A program made the translations under genes and the position numbers. Source: Eledone cirrhosa (Eukaryota). Taken from it: a stretch of DNA of 64,000 bases. Each line of letters starts with the position of its first letter. Within the stretch, counting starts at the first letter, position 1. The stretch covers positions 121,954,001 through 122,018,000 of the forward strand of contig OZ024745.1 of NCBI GenBank assembly GCA_964016885.1, read 5' to 3'. Below are positions 1-13,132 of this stretch, one piece after another. The notes beneath the pieces are model-generated. The model did not search any database. It saw only the letters and a program-made list of their open reading frames with translations, and was not told the origin of the DNA.

Positions 1-927
1 GTCTAACCACACAACACTCCAACCAGTCTAACCACACAACACTCCAACCAGTCTAACCACACAACACTCCAACCAGTCTAACCACACAACACTCCAACCA
101 GTCTAACCTCACAACACTCCAACCAGTCTAACCACACAACACTCCAACCAGTCTAACCACACAACACTCCAACCAGTCTAACCACACAACACTCCAACCA
201 GTCTAACCTCACAACACTCCAACCAGTCTAACCTCACAACACTCCAACCAGTCTAACCTCACAACACTCCAACCAGTCTAACCTCACAACACTCCAACCA
301 GTCTAACCTCACAACACTCCAACCAGTCTAACCTCACAACACTCCAACCAGTCTAACCTCACAACACTCCAACCAGTCTAACCTCACAACACTCCAACCA
401 GTCTAACCTCACAACACTCCAACCAGTCTAACCTCACAACACTCCAACCAGTCTAACCTCACAACACTCCAACCAGTCTAACCTCACAACACTCCAACCA
501 CTCTAACCTCACAACACTCCAACCACTCTAACCTCACAACACTCCAACCACTCTAACCTCACAACACTCCAACCAGTTTAACCACAGAACACTCCAACCA
601 GTCTAACCACAGAACACTCCAACCAGTCTAACCACACAACACTCCAACCAGTCTAACCTCACAACACTCCAACCAGTCTAACCTCACAACACTCCAACCA
701 CTCTAACCTCACAACACTCCAACCAGTCTAACCTCACAACACTCCAACCAGTCTAACCTCACAACACTCCAACCAGTCTAACCTCACAACACTCCAACCA
801 GTCTAACCTCACAACACTCCAACCAGTCTAACCATAGAACACTCCAACCAGTCTAACCTCACAACACTCCAACCAGTTTAACCTCACAACACTCCAACCA
901 GTTTAACCATAGAACACTCCAACCAGT
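1..927. repeat. 25-bp tandem minisatellite, ~37 copies, runs off the window start
   Basis: Unit GTCTAACC(A/T)CACAACACTCCAACCA repeated head-to-tail with no spacers. Confidence 0.97.
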
Positions 928-1337
928 CAAATCAATGTTCTTATAGTGTCCACACTGTTGCTTGTGGTTGTGATAGGAGTAGCAGTATCTTATCAATACT
1001 CCCACGACCACCGCGAGTACACTCCTTACTTGACCCCAAATAGATGTTAAACAGTGATGATAATGATTATTTTAACATTGTATTTAAATGAAGTCTTATT
1101 GAATTAAAGTATTTAAAGACAATTTTGTGCTAAAGCACATAACATTTTTTGTAGTAAAGTTAATATATATAGGATAATACATCCCTTTGTGTTGGCTGAA
1201 GAAACTTCCGCTTCTGAATATAGTAGATATTGTTTTATACTTAAGTGATGGCGTGGCCAGCAAAGTACATCCTTTTTATGTTACATTGAATGTGGTAAAA
1301 ATACATTAAAGCAATAAGCCAACACCAACTGCCAATT

Positions 1338-1340
1338 GTA

Positions 1341-1418
<78 letters not shown>

Positions 1419-1520
1419 CACGCACACACACACTGACACAGACACACACACAGACGCACGCATGCATGGGCGGACACAGACACACACACAGACACACACA
1501 GACACACACACAGACACAGA
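1338..1520. repeat. Compound (TG)n/(TA)n/(CA)n microsatellite
   Basis: Directly visible; explains the CVCV/YIYI/THTH ORFs. Confidence 0.95.
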
Positions 1521-1599
1521 TGTCAACATACAACTTGAGCAATCTGTAAATAATTCAAACCGTATGCTTAAAGTTTTCTCTGGAAAGAAAAGCCAACAA

Positions 1600-2455
1600 A
1601 CACAAACATATTATTCCCAGAGACGGGATAATCCTTATGAGAAGAACGATGATCTCAAACTACATATACAAGTAAATAACAAGAAGGAATCCCATTTGAA
1701 GCAGGCACTTTGAAATTGAAAATGAACTGAAAATCTCCCAGGAAAAGGAGAGAGCAGAAAGAGAAGCCAGGTCTATAAAATACATAAAGACGAACCTTAA
1801 GGCCGTCTTTAAATTTGCGAAAGAGACTTCCTCGGCACACTGTGATAGAGCCACTTTTCAAAAAAAGTGGCTCACTGACCGCAGACCTCCAAGAGATAAG
1901 TGAGGTAGTGAACGAGCAATATGTGTTTTCACACCTCCAATGAGTAAGCCAGATGAATTCCTTAACACCACTGGATTTCACAGAGAAATGGCAACCATCA
2001 ACTATATAGATATAAAGGAGAAATATGTAATATCAGCCATAGACAAAATGACATCAAATTGGGCAGCTGCCCCTGATAGTTTCCCAGCAATCCTCCTAAA
2101 AACATGCAAGTGAGCATTAGCTAAACCACTGCAGATCCCCTTCCAAACATCCCTTGCAAGTGGTAAACTACCCAGAAAACTAAAAGATGTATGTCCTATC
2201 TATAAAGGAGGAATTAGACACCCTAGAAACTACCGACCTGTCTCCCTGACCTCGCATATCAGTAAAGTCATGGAATGAATCCTCAGAAGGAAACTGATCA
2301 CTTTTCTAGAGGAAAATGATCTTCTAACTGACACTTAGCATGGCTTTTGCCTGGGTAGAAGTTGTTTACACTGCTCTTACAGCATTATGATACTCAAACA
2401 GCTGCTAGACTGTTCGAATGTAGATGTGATATAGCTCAAATTTGCGAAAGTCTTT
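1600..2455 (+). mobile_element. Decayed CR1-group LINE ORF2 fragment (N-terminal RT region)
   Basis: Manual translation: AAAPDSFPAILLKTCK*ALAKPL..VCPIYKGG..NYRPVSLTSHISKVME*ILRRKL..HGFCLGRSCL..VDVI*LKFAKVF; stops and frameshifts. Confidence 0.85.
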
Positions 2456-3589
2456 GTGCACAAAATGCACAAATTATGTAGTTGAATCTTTGGCAGATTG
2501 ACAAAGAACCAAGATGCACTGAGATGTACTAGAGCAGTTAGCATTAGGAACACCCATAAATTGTTCAGAAACTTCATGTTTTGATTGGTGACCCAAATAA
2601 CACACAACTAATTAGTGTTAGTGCAGGAGTGGCGCTAGTGAAATTATTGTAGCTTAAAGAGGAGGAGCAGAATTTGAGAGAGCGAATGTATCTGCTAGTT
2701 GCAACAAGTTGGAAAAAATGTTGCAATGAGGCTGGAAAAAATGAAGTGGTTATGATCTAATGGATGTGCAGTATTGCCTAACACAAAAAGTAGTGCACAC
2801 AAAAAAATATTCACACCAGTTAAAAGCCAGCAATGATATTTGTTTGTCTTGCATAAACCATGCACCCCACAGTGTAGTAGTTTGACATCAGTAATATATG
2901 TCATACTGCGATAATAAAATATGGATTGGCATCAGGAAAGGTATCTGGTCATCAAATATCTACCTAGAGAACTCCCTTCCAACAACATGCAGACATGGAA
3001 AAATGAACATAAAAACTATAATGGGAATGATAAAGGCTAAGCCAACATGGTGAGGCTTGAAATTATATTGTAAAGGGATGCAACTAAATTTTAGGGGAGG
3101 AGAAATTCATTATTATCTCATTTTCTGTTCACCAGTTTCTAGAGCCCTGCAAATGTCATGTATGCTGCTTTCCTCTCTTAAAAAATAACAAATGTATATC
3201 ATATACTAGCATTGTTTTGTGAAACACTCTACTGATCTAGTTTACTAATCTGAACATGATGATGATGATAAACAAGTTTAGGATTGGTATCAGCTGATAG
3301 TTCTCCCCATCCCTTCAATGAGGAGAACTGCCAGGATATTGCTTGCACTGGTGAAGCTTCTATCTAAGTTGATGAATTAGAAAGTTAGAGCCAACAACAA
3401 TAATGTACACATCAATTAGTGAGGGCTGTAGGTAGGCAGAAAAGGCTGTTGTACTGTTGTAGTAGTTGTAGCTGTGTCTCGCAACAATTTATTTATTTAC
3501 TAAAAACTCTAAAACCTCTTTTAGAAGAAATTGTATTCTTTGACCACCTGTCCATAGTTAAATGTTGGGAGGGAAATTTCAAATATATG

Positions 3590-3802
3590 TTAACTCTTTA
3601 GCATTTAAACTGGCCATATCCAAATAGAATTCTCTCACCTCCTTCTGTTCAAACTGGCTGTAACTGGCCACTCATACTAATGTTAAGGTATTGTTCTCAA
3701 AATAAATATCAAAATCTCATAGATTTGATATTATGTGAGGTAAAGCCTTTACTGTGAAAATATGATAGTGTATATAGAAAAATGTAAATACTAAAGGGTT
3801 AA
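3590..3802 (+). mobile_element. piggyBac-type MITE, family A
   Basis: TTAA-flanked; TIR like CCCTTTAGCATTTA...TAAATGCTAAAGGG; body shared with ~17 other copies. Confidence 0.9.
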
Positions 3803-3819
3803 TTTCAGTTATAAATATA

Positions 3820-4095
3820 GATAATAATATTTAACTGAAGCAAAAAAGGAAGGGGAAAGAGAATGAAGCAACAAAGAAAAGGTATTGAGGGAGGGACAAA
3901 CTCAACACCCCAGTTTAAGTGGTGATTCAGCTGTGCCCTGCAGACAGATTGGTGAAGGCACTGCCACAGAGAATGGCTAGTGTGACCAACTGCAACAGCT
4001 TCATGGGGCTCCTTTCTCAGGCAGGTTGCTGTTTTTCCAATTTTGCAGAGGAAATCGGCAGTACAGGGACCAAGGTTGTAGCTATTGTTCCCTGT
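3820..4095 (-). mobile_element. CRE-like (restriction-like endonuclease) non-LTR retrotransposon 3' fragment
   Basis: LGPCTADFLCKIGKTATCLRKEPHE / LLQLVTLAILCGSA resembles the CRE C-terminal LxQRxSLAIxRGNA motif; similar to 6780-7160 and 47990-48290. Confidence 0.6.
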
Positions 4096-4451
4096 TCCCA
4101 TTTCTAATTGAATTGTTAAAGTATTGTTAGAAAGTAGTAAAACATTTGCCATCACAATTAAAGCAAAAGTATCAATTTTCTGAAAGAAATGGCGTAATAT
4201 GAGGATGCAGCCTGTTGATGTCTGTCACCCCCCCCCTTCCACACCAGTAATTCGTGCAGGTTTGGGGTATGGTTTTGAAGGATATGTTTGATTTTTACTT
4301 TGTTTTGTGCAGTATGTTTCTGTTAATTGGAGTTGAGTATAGGTTTATGGATTGTGCTTGAGGGCGTGGATAGTTTTGGTTTGATGTATTGGATTTTGTA
4401 TGTTAAAGTTATTGATGGTTTTAGTTACATATTAATATATATAAAAACAAT

Positions 4452-4662
4452 TACAGGTAAAATTCCATTATAACAAATACCATTATAACCAATTTTTCAG
4501 TATAAAGAAATGTTTTTCAGTATAAAGAAATGTTTTTCAATCCCCAAGGTAATAACAAACAAACGCTCAATTTGTTTCAGTTGATCTCGTTATAAAGAAT
4601 TTTCTGTTTCAATGAATTCTTTTTTATACCCCATGAATTTCATTATAACAGAATTTCACTGT
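4452..4662. mobile_element. Tc1/pogo (Tigger-like) MITE
   Basis: TA-CAGGTAAAATTCCATTATAAC ... TTCATTATAACAGAATTTCACTG imperfect terminal inverted repeats. Confidence 0.7.
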
Positions 4663-4673
4663 CTCTCCAATTA

Positions 4674-4830
4674 TCATTAGCTTGAGTGACAGTAAAGGTT
4701 CCCTCATTAGCTTGAGTGACAGTAAAGGTTCCCTCATTGGCTTGAGTGACAGTAAAGGTTCCCTCATAGTCTTGAGTGCCCATGTAAAGGTTCCCTCACG
4801 AGCTTGAATATCATCTCAAGATTTCCTTGT
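4674..4830. repeat. 30-bp tandem repeat, ~5 copies
   Basis: Unit TCATTAGCTTGAGTGACAGTAAAGGTTCCC. Confidence 0.9.
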
Positions 4831-4966
4831 TTGTTTGTAACCAACACAGAAAAAAAAAAAAATTAATTTATTGAAATAAAAAATTAAAAAATTAAGCATT
4901 TTCAAAAGCAGGGAGTCCTGTTCAAAATATCAAGATAATGTAACATAATTTACATTTTAGTTTTAG

Positions 4967-5180
4967 TTAACCCTTTAGCATTTAAACCGGCCAGAATTCT
5001 CTCACTTTTTTCTGTTCAAACCAGTCGTAACCGGCTGCTCATACTGATGTTAAGGTATTGTTCTCAAAATAAATATCAAAATCTCATAGATTCGATATCA
5101 TGTGAGATAATTATGTGAAATAAAGCCTTTACTGTGAAAATACAATAATAAATATAGAGTAATGTGAATGCTAAAGGTTT
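4967..5180 (+). mobile_element. piggyBac-type MITE, family A
   Basis: TTAA-CCCTTTAGCATTTAAACCGGCC ... AATGCTAAAGGT. Confidence 0.9.
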
Positions 5181-5851
5181 CAGATGTAATTGTGCTCAGA
5201 AAGTGAAAAGCTTTACTGCTGTTAAAACCTAATTATACAATGAACAATCTCTAATAGAAATAGGCATTTTGTACTTGTCGTATAGCAAAGATGCAATGAG
5301 CTACCCTGTTACTTCTTCAAGCACCAAAAAGATTTCAGCCATGAATAAGAATTCCTTATAAAGCCTGAGTTTTATCCTAGGTTAAATTACTCTAACTCAT
5401 TGATTACTCTGTAATCACACACATGCACTGCATCTATCAACTAAAATGCTCTTCATTTGATATGCAAGCTGTACATGCTTGGTTTGAACTTGCTAACTCT
5501 ATCTATGCTACTACATCTATCTTTTTTTCCAACTGTCTTTCAGTGAACTTGATGTAGTTAATGGTGCAATTTGTCACTAAGTGCACCACCTTTATCTAGT
5601 TACCTCCATTCACAAAGAAACCAACACCAAAAGAAAGCAAAATGAAAGAAACAATGTTGAAAAAAAAAAAAAAAAAGAATAAAGAAAAGCTCTAGAATAA
5701 CAACTTATAATAAAGAGAAGCCCTAATTTAGTGATAGTAGGGTTAGAAGCCTGTTATTAACAATCAGTTGGGTTCCACAACTACTCTTTGGGAAACCGAC
5801 ATATTTTTCCCCTCATTCTATTCCACTCTAGCAAGTTATCTTTGCTTCACT

Positions 5852-5975
<124 letters not shown>

Positions 5976-6779
5976 CTTCTGCAATATGCTATTTCCATCC
6001 TAATTCATACCAAGGATTAACTGCTTTGTTTTATTTGTTTATTTAATATATTCTTCTATTTTTTTTTTTATGTTACAAGTACTTGTAAATGTTAACTTCT
6101 TATCCTACCACATGGAAACTATCTGAAATAAAGGTCAAAACTGTTGTCTTTTTTTAGGGGGTTATTTTCTATGGCAAGTTATTTTGGGATTCTCCTTTGT
6201 TCTTTGCTCTTACTTTATACTTTCTTTACATAGTTTGTGATGATGTCTAGTCATGATAAAAGCTCTACATACTATTAATACTGCTTGTTTATATTATTTT
6301 CTAATCAAAACTACATTAGTCATTTGTAAAAGTGATGATAAAAACTATGTTATCCATCCTACCACCACAAACATTTGTTTGAACCTAAATAATTGACACA
6401 CATTTTTCCTTTTTTTTTGTTATTATTGGAGAATCTGAACCAGTTTTTGTTTGATTGACTTCCAAATATTGTAATTTAGTCTTGAATGATTCCCGAGTCT
6501 CTGTATCACTCATGAATGCATTTATTTGTATGAGTAGGTAACATATTTTCCTTAAAACATGATATATTGAAAATACGAATGTGCTCCAGTTTGATCTTTT
6601 TTATTAAAGATTTTTCGTATTCTTAATAGTTCTTCATTCTTAGTTTGAAACGGTAGCTTTCCTAAATATGTGTATTAACGTTTCCTAAATATGTATGCAT
6701 TAACGTTGCGAAGCCTTCTTTACTAATAACAGAATATAAATAAAAATAAAGGAATAAATAAAATTACCACACTAATACA

Positions 6780-7160
6780 ATAGACGTGAAATCATTTATA
6801 ATAGCTGCCAACAGTTGAGAAAAACAAACCTTATTTAGTAAGAGAAGATAAAGAAATGGGGAAGCAAAAGGAAAGAAAGAATAGGGAAATATAGAAAATA
6901 AAAGAGAAAGAAAAAGAATGGAAAAGGGAGCGGGTGGCAAGAGCTCTGGTGTTGCAGAAGAGAGGGGGGCTGAGGAGGTGATTGGGCCTAGGGCATGGGT
7001 GCAGAAAGGCTTTACTCTGCAGACAAGTCGGCAGAAGCATTCCTCCGGATAATGGCCAGTGACACCCGCTGCAACAGACACCCAACCTTGCGGGGCACCC
7101 TCTGCAGACAGGTCGACGACGGTTCGATCTTGCGGAGGAGCTCGGCAGAACGGGGTCAAT
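6780..7160 (-). mobile_element. CRE-like non-LTR retrotransposon 3' end
   Basis: Translation PRSAELLRKIEPSSTCLQRVPRKVGCLLQRVSLAIIRRNA followed by a pyrimidine-rich 3' UTR. Confidence 0.7.
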
Positions 7161-7469
7161 GAAATGGCTCTAGTTTACTCCTTTTGATAACATACCTTTG
7201 ATTATTTGATAAAAAAAAGAAATGCCAGATTTATTATGTTCTTATCTAAATGAAACCCCTTTTCAACAACTTTATTTTCAAACATTAGCTTTTTTTCTTT
7301 TCCTGTCTATTTTACATCCCTTTTCCCATGTAAAGATGGCTTTTACAAATGTTGAAGCTTCTGGTTTTATGTAGTGTTAAACACCCTTATTCATGATGCC
7401 AGTCCATTGCAGGGTTATGAACTCAGCTGTTGCTGGTAGACATGTTTGACTGAGTGGATAGGAACAATG

Positions 7470-8350
7470 GGAACTGTAGGAGTATGAGATCGATGTCTCT
7501 ATATGAACGCCCAAGTATTTGTGTTCAGATAAATGGTGCTGAATCGAAGCCATTCAATGTAAGCGTCAGACTCCACCAAGGGTGCGTACTGTCACCTCAC
7601 TTGTTCATTATTTTCATGAACAGGATTCACATGTGCAGCCAGGTTGGAAGTGGTTTTATGACTGGCAGGTGTAGGATCAGTTTGGCTGGAATTTGCAGAC
7701 GACATGGTGTTACTTAACTTGACAGAAGGTGATCTCTGACTTACTGTTGATGGGTTTGATGCCAAGTGCTGCTTGGCTGGAATAAAAATCGGTGCTGCAA
7801 AGACTTAGACACTCGTCCTCTCAAGGAAGTCTGCACAGTGTACATGTGGAGTTCCACAGAAGCAGGTGGAGAAGTGCAAGTATCTCAGGGCTGTATTCAT
7901 GAGTAATGGAAGACAGGAGGCTGAATTAAGTGCAAGAATTGCAGGAGCTGATGCAGAAATGCTTCAGCATTTCGTAATCAGAAGGGAGGTATGTGAAAAA
8001 GCCAAACTCACTATCTTCAATTTAGTATACATGCCAACCCCCTTACCTATGGTCATGAATCTACTGGTATAGCCGCTACTTCTCCGAATTAAGAGATCAC
8101 AGCTCCAATACTATGATTAGAATGTCCCAGGAAAGAATTGCTGGACAGATTTTACAGGTAAAACCAACTGGCAGGAGACCTAGGGGTAGACCCCGAGGAA
8201 GATGGTTGGATAATATCCATGAGTTTAGCTGGCCTTGCTTGGGGATCCAGCTGGATCAGTTGGTGACGGTTGCTTCTGACAGGGCTCGCTGGATGGAGTG
8301 TCAGAGGACTCTTCCCCCCACAACGCTCTCAGGAAGAAGTGGGCGAAGAT
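7470..8350 (+). mobile_element. RTE-clade LINE, 5'-truncated and decayed
   Basis: VQINGAESKPFNVSVRLHQGCVLSPHLF, EFADD, GRRPRGRPRGRWLD; collinear with 46260-47260. Confidence 0.92.
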
Positions 8351-8871
8351 ATGTGCTACTGTGGTTAATCTTCCTCTATATTGCTTTCTCACTTTCTCTT
8401 TCTCACTTTCTCTTTCTCGCTGGAAGAAACTGGCTCTGTTCAGTCAGACCTAGAGAGGAGATGGGATCCACCAGGCTTAAAATGTCCAAGATACGCTGTT
8501 TGTCACTACGGCACTCCTACAACTCCATCAGGATTTATGGGTTCTTACATTCATATACAAAACAATTTTAGTTCCTGGAAAATATATGTGTAACTGTTTT
8601 CTATATAGTTTATTATTGAAAGCCATTACTAAATATATTTAGGCCATGTTTATACATTAGTGGCATGTCTAACCCATGACAGTGTGGAAAAATGGACATA
8701 AAGTGATGATGATGGTCAGAGTTAATTTGACTGATGTTTTCTCTTGACTTTCATTGGCATAGGAGTTCCATTTTGTTTTCACCCAAGTTTGATTGTTGTA
8801 TAAGTAATTACATTTACCTAGGAGAATTTATAGCTTAAGTGTTAAATCAATTTTCTCAGAGTATTGTTTTC

Positions 8872-9085
8872 CCAGATGTTCAGAAATGGATTGCTTATTT
8901 TAGATTCCATTCGTCCAGATATTCAGAAATGGATTGCTTATTTTAGATTCCAGTCGACCAGATGTTCAGAAATGGATTGCTTATTTTAGATTCCAGTCGT
9001 CCAGATGTTCAGAAATGGATTGCTTACTTTAGATTCCAGTCGTCCAGATGTTCAGAAATGGATTGCTTATTTTAGATACCAGTCA
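8872..9085. repeat. 43-bp tandem repeat, 5 copies
   Basis: Unit CCAGATGTTCAGAAATGGATTGCTTATTTTAGATTCCAGTCGT. Confidence 0.92.
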
Positions 9086-9499
9086 TTTATATTCATGTTG
9101 ATGCTTACATTTCTATTGGGATTAAGAGAATAGTAGGCTTTTATTGTCATGATTAAAATATTCTCCATGAAGACCACAATTCTGATTGGTGTGTAAATTA
9201 GAAAATCAGAATTGATGGCAAATATCTTTTTGAAATTTGCATTCAATGTTTTTTTTTAAATTTAAATTAACCTAAAATAAAATAATCTGAAAAACTATCA
9301 AATTCTATTATTATACAAGATAATATGGTATGGACCTGTAATTCCTGGGGAGTCGTAGGGGTGTCATATTGACATACAGTGTTTCTTGGGCATTTTTTAA
9401 ACCTCATGGAGCCCATCTCCTCACCAGGCCTGAATACAGCAGATTTCTTGCATAGAAGGATAGATAGAGAGAGTGAGAGAGAGGAAGTGATAAAGAGAT

Positions 9500-9672
9500 A
9501 TAGAGGAAGAATCAGCCCCAGTACTTGACTGGTACTTTTTATTTATTGATCATTAATGGATGAAAAGCAAATTTAACCCCAGTGGGATTTGAACTAAACG
9601 AGCAGAGAGCCAAAATAAATACTACAAAACATTCTATCCAACGTTTTAACGACTCTGCCAATTTGCCGCCTA
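9500..9672 (-). mobile_element. tRNA-derived SINE, family 1 (diverged)
   Basis: Reverse-strand B-box GTTCAAATCC and ...TAAAAAGTACCAGT core. Confidence 0.75.
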
Positions 9673-9966
9673 TTACAAGATAAGATGTAACGTAAATCCA
9701 AATCCAGGCCTTCTCACTCCTGTCAGAGAAACCCCTCCCTGCTTGACCTCCACCACTTTCTATCTCGGGGCCATGTGGGTCAGATCATTGCGTTATCTTG
9801 TCTTTGGCCGCCCTTTAGTTCTTCTTCATTGCCTTGGTCTTCACCCTGTTGCTCTGATATTCCATCTGACATAATATCAATTAATTTAAACAACATAATC
9901 AATATTTTCACATATATACATATATGAATTTTTTGAATGTTAATAATTGCTACCTTCTACCCATGT

Positions 9967-10195
9967 ATAACCTTTTAGCATTTAAACAAGCCATATCTGG
10001 CCAGAATTCTCTCACCTCTTTCTGTTCAAACTGGCCATAACCAGCTGCTCTTACTTATGTTAAGGTATTGTTCTCAAAATAAATAATATCAACATCTCAT
10101 AGATTCAAAATTATGTGAGATAATTATGTGAGGTAAAGCCTTTACCATGAAAATACCATAATGAATATAGAGTAATGTAAATGCTAAAGGGTTAA
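9967..10195 (+). mobile_element. piggyBac-type MITE, family A
   Basis: Shared body; right end AATGCTAAAGGG-TTAA. Confidence 0.9.
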
Positions 10196-10574
10196 TTTTC
10201 ATTCTCATCAGTTTGTTTGAAAGTGCTTATCATCATCATCCTTACCATCTTACATCTGTTTTCCATGCTGGCATGGGTTGGATAGGTCATATCTTAACAC
10301 GAAACAAGATATGCTTAGATAACTATGTCTTGCTAATATGTTCCATATTTTTGCATGGTTTCTACAGATGGATTTTCTTCCTAATGCCAACCACTTTACA
10401 CTGCACTTTATTGTGGCATCAACGCTACCACTTTACAGAACATACTAGGTATATTGTATTGTAGCCTCAGGGATTGGATTGGGTTGTGTGTTGTGTTCTT
10501 GAGCAAAACACTTCATTTCCCATTGCTCCAGTATACTCAGCTGAAAATGAGTACCAGCAATAGCTGGGGCTTTA

Positions 10575-10900
10575 ATGCTGCCTAAGGCGTATGTGGGCTT
10601 CAGACCACAAAGGAGTCACGCTGATCAAGTCCTTGCCTTTACTACCTTCATCAAGTCTGGCTACCAATGTGGTCTCAAGCCAGGGGCTGCTCTGGTCAAC
10701 CTCTCTTCTACATACGATACTGTATCGAGACACTGTCCTCTCCTGAAGGCCTATTGTATCATCAGGTGGCTGGCAACTGTGAACATCCTTGCCTCCATAC
10801 TCAGTAACAGAAGATTCAGTGTGTCACTTGGAGGTTAAAACAAGTTCAACCAGATCCCTGTATGTTGGCCATCCCCAAGATTCCATCCTGGCACCAACAA
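10575..10900 (+). mobile_element. I-group (Ingi/Vingi-like) LINE RT fragment
   Basis: GFRPQRSHADQVLAFTTFIKSGYQCGLKPGAALVNLSSTYDTV..ILSNRRFSVSLG..GHPQDSILAP matches non-LTR RT motifs. Confidence 0.7.
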
Positions 10901-11072
10901 CTACGCGAGTGATGGCAGTTCAGGGACCTTTGTTAGACAACTCTAAAAAAAAAGCAAAAAAAAAACCCCACTACATTTCCAACTTTTTCCACTGCTCCAA
11001 ACTACAACACTTTTATTCTTTGACTTCATTTTTTTTTTGTTAGAGAAATGCAAGAAAACTCAACATGCTGGT

Positions 11073-11494
11073 TTAACCCTTTGGCATTTAAACTGGCCGT
11101 ATCCGGCAAGAATTCTCTCACCTCTTTCTGTTCAAACCGGTCATCACCGGCTGCTTATACTTATGTTAAGGTATTGTTGTTTTCAAAAATAAATATCAAG
11201 ATCTTGTAGATTTGATATTATATGAAATAAAGTGTTACCGTGAAAATACAATCGCAAATATAGAATAATTATTTCTACTTTTGGCACAAGGCCAGCATTT
11301 ACCCAGTGCATTACTGGTACTTTATTTTATCTACCCCCGTAAGGATGAAAGGCAAAGTTAACCTCAGTGGGATTTGAACTCTGTCCATAAAGGGACGTAA
11401 CTCTATGCTGCAAAGCATGGCGTCCGACGCTCTACCGATACTGCCAATCCACTACCCTATTAAATATAGAATAATGTAAATGTTAAAGGGTTGA
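11073..11494 (+). mobile_element. MITE family A interrupted by a SINE
   Basis: Both MITE ends present, with SINE 11270-11461 inside. Confidence 0.88.
11270..11461 (-). mobile_element. tRNA-derived SINE, family 1, full length with 14-bp TSD
   Basis: A-box-like TGGCAGTATCGG, B-box GAGTTCAAATCC; AAATATAGAATAAT duplicated at 11256-11269 and 11462-11475. Confidence 0.9.
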
Positions 11495-11892
11495 TATTTT
11501 ACTTTTGGTTCAATACAAATCTTTATCCCTTCACTTATTATATTGGTGGGTAGGGTGGTGGGTAGGGTGTGGGAACCAACATTACTGAAGTAATCTTGTT
11601 CACTTATTTTTCATGGAATACAGTTACATCTACCCACACCCACCATAGTCCCTTTTTAAAATTAAAAATCTCCCATATCATCTTAAGGGGTAACTGTTTA
11701 AACAATTAACTTGCTTTATAGATCTGTATGGCTGACAAAATGGGTGGAGCAACAAAGCTGGTTCTAAAGAAACATTTCATAGCAAATTTACTTCTTCAGT
11801 CTTTTAATCTCTCTCTTTATATTTTCATTTCCCTCCTCCACCCCCCTCTCTCTCTGACACAAAGGCACATTTTTTTCACTTATTTTCTCACC

Positions 11893-11938
<46 letters not shown>

Positions 11939-12072
11939 ACACACATGTACATACACATGTACATACAATACACATACACAATACACAACACATTCATACA
12001 TACATATACACATACATTCATACAAAATAAATTCAACTCATACATACATATACATACATAAAATTCAGCACA

Positions 12073-12584
12073 TACTCTCAGGTCTTGAATAATCCCCCCC
12101 TCACACGCACTTAATAATTTTTCAGATTTTTTTTCCAACCCCCTCACTTTTATTCCAACACCCCTGCTTTTAAAATTTTGCTAATCTATTTCCCAGCGAA
12201 ATTTTGTGATTCATATAGATACAGCAACTGGAGAATCTAATGATAATATTATTTTACACTAAAAACATTATATATGACAAAAGAATATTATAAGAAATGC
12301 TTTGCAACAGAGTTACTGCCCTTTACGATCTGAGTTCAAATCCTGCCGAGGTTAACTTTGCCTTTCATCCTTATGGGGTCGATAAAATAAAGTACCAGTA
12401 ATACGCTGGAATAAGTGCTGGCCTTGTGCCAAATGTAGAAACAATTATGAGAAATCCCATATTTATGAATATACACTACACAATTACCGACCCCCCCCCC
12501 TCCATTCCTTATAAAAGATTAAGCAAATGTCCAAAAAAATCTCCTACATTTATTCCAACCCCTATTATTTGGGACCCAAGAGTA
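12073..12584. mobile_element. TA-flanked TIR element (Tc1/mariner-type MITE) containing a SINE at ~12298-12443
   Basis: TACTCTCAGGTCTTGAATAAT ... ATTATTTGGGACCCAAGAGTA inverted ends. Confidence 0.7.
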
Positions 12585-12779
12585 GAGTATTCATTCTCGC
12601 AAACATCTGTTTCAAAACTGCGTGTTTAATCAGTCATTCTGTTCATTTAAATCTATTTACATCTTTATTGTGTCCTAAGCATTACACAGAGACTTCTGGG
12701 ACAATCTCACATTTCCTGTTTCTCATTTCCTCTTCTGAACTTAGACAACAGATAAAAATGAAGATATCAAACTCAACTT

Positions 12780-12814
<35 letters not shown>

Positions 12815-13096
12815 AAAATGGGGAGAAAAATACTGCTGGTAGCACATGGATAACATGTAATAAAATAAGTCCCTCATCAGTGATTTGCCGACGATCATAG
12901 ATATTTCATTGCATTAAAAATATATATATATATATATATATTTGTAATCTCTTCCTAGACTCCTTCAACCCCCCAACCCTTTTTTATTTTTATCATTAAT
13001 TTTATTTTTATTTTCTATTTCTTACTTTTTAACTTCTCTCCTTACCCCGCCCCACCCCACTCCTCTTCAGAGTTCCTGTTCTTCTCCTATCCGGAC

Positions 13097-13132
13097 TTTC
13101 CTGATGATGGACTTCTGTCCCAAACGTTGAAA
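13097..13132 (+). ncRNA. Minimal type-I hammerhead ribozyme motif (degenerate, GAAA->CAAA)
   Basis: tttc-CTGATGA-t-GGAC-ttct-GTCC-cAAA-c-GTT-gaaa; stems I and II pair. Confidence 0.6.

Noticed and set aside
1-927. CRISPR-like appearance of this and the other 28-43-bp arrays (4674, 8872, 24165, 29871, 51425)
   Set aside because: Units are head-to-tail with no unique spacers, there are no cas genes, and the context is eukaryotic
1241-1713. CVCV/YIYI/THTH ORFs (also at 5768, 19883, 52921 and others)
   Set aside because: Translations of dinucleotide microsatellites
12865-12915. Minus-strand GAAA..GTC..CTGATGA as a permuted hammerhead
   Set aside because: Stem I and stem II pairings cannot be formed
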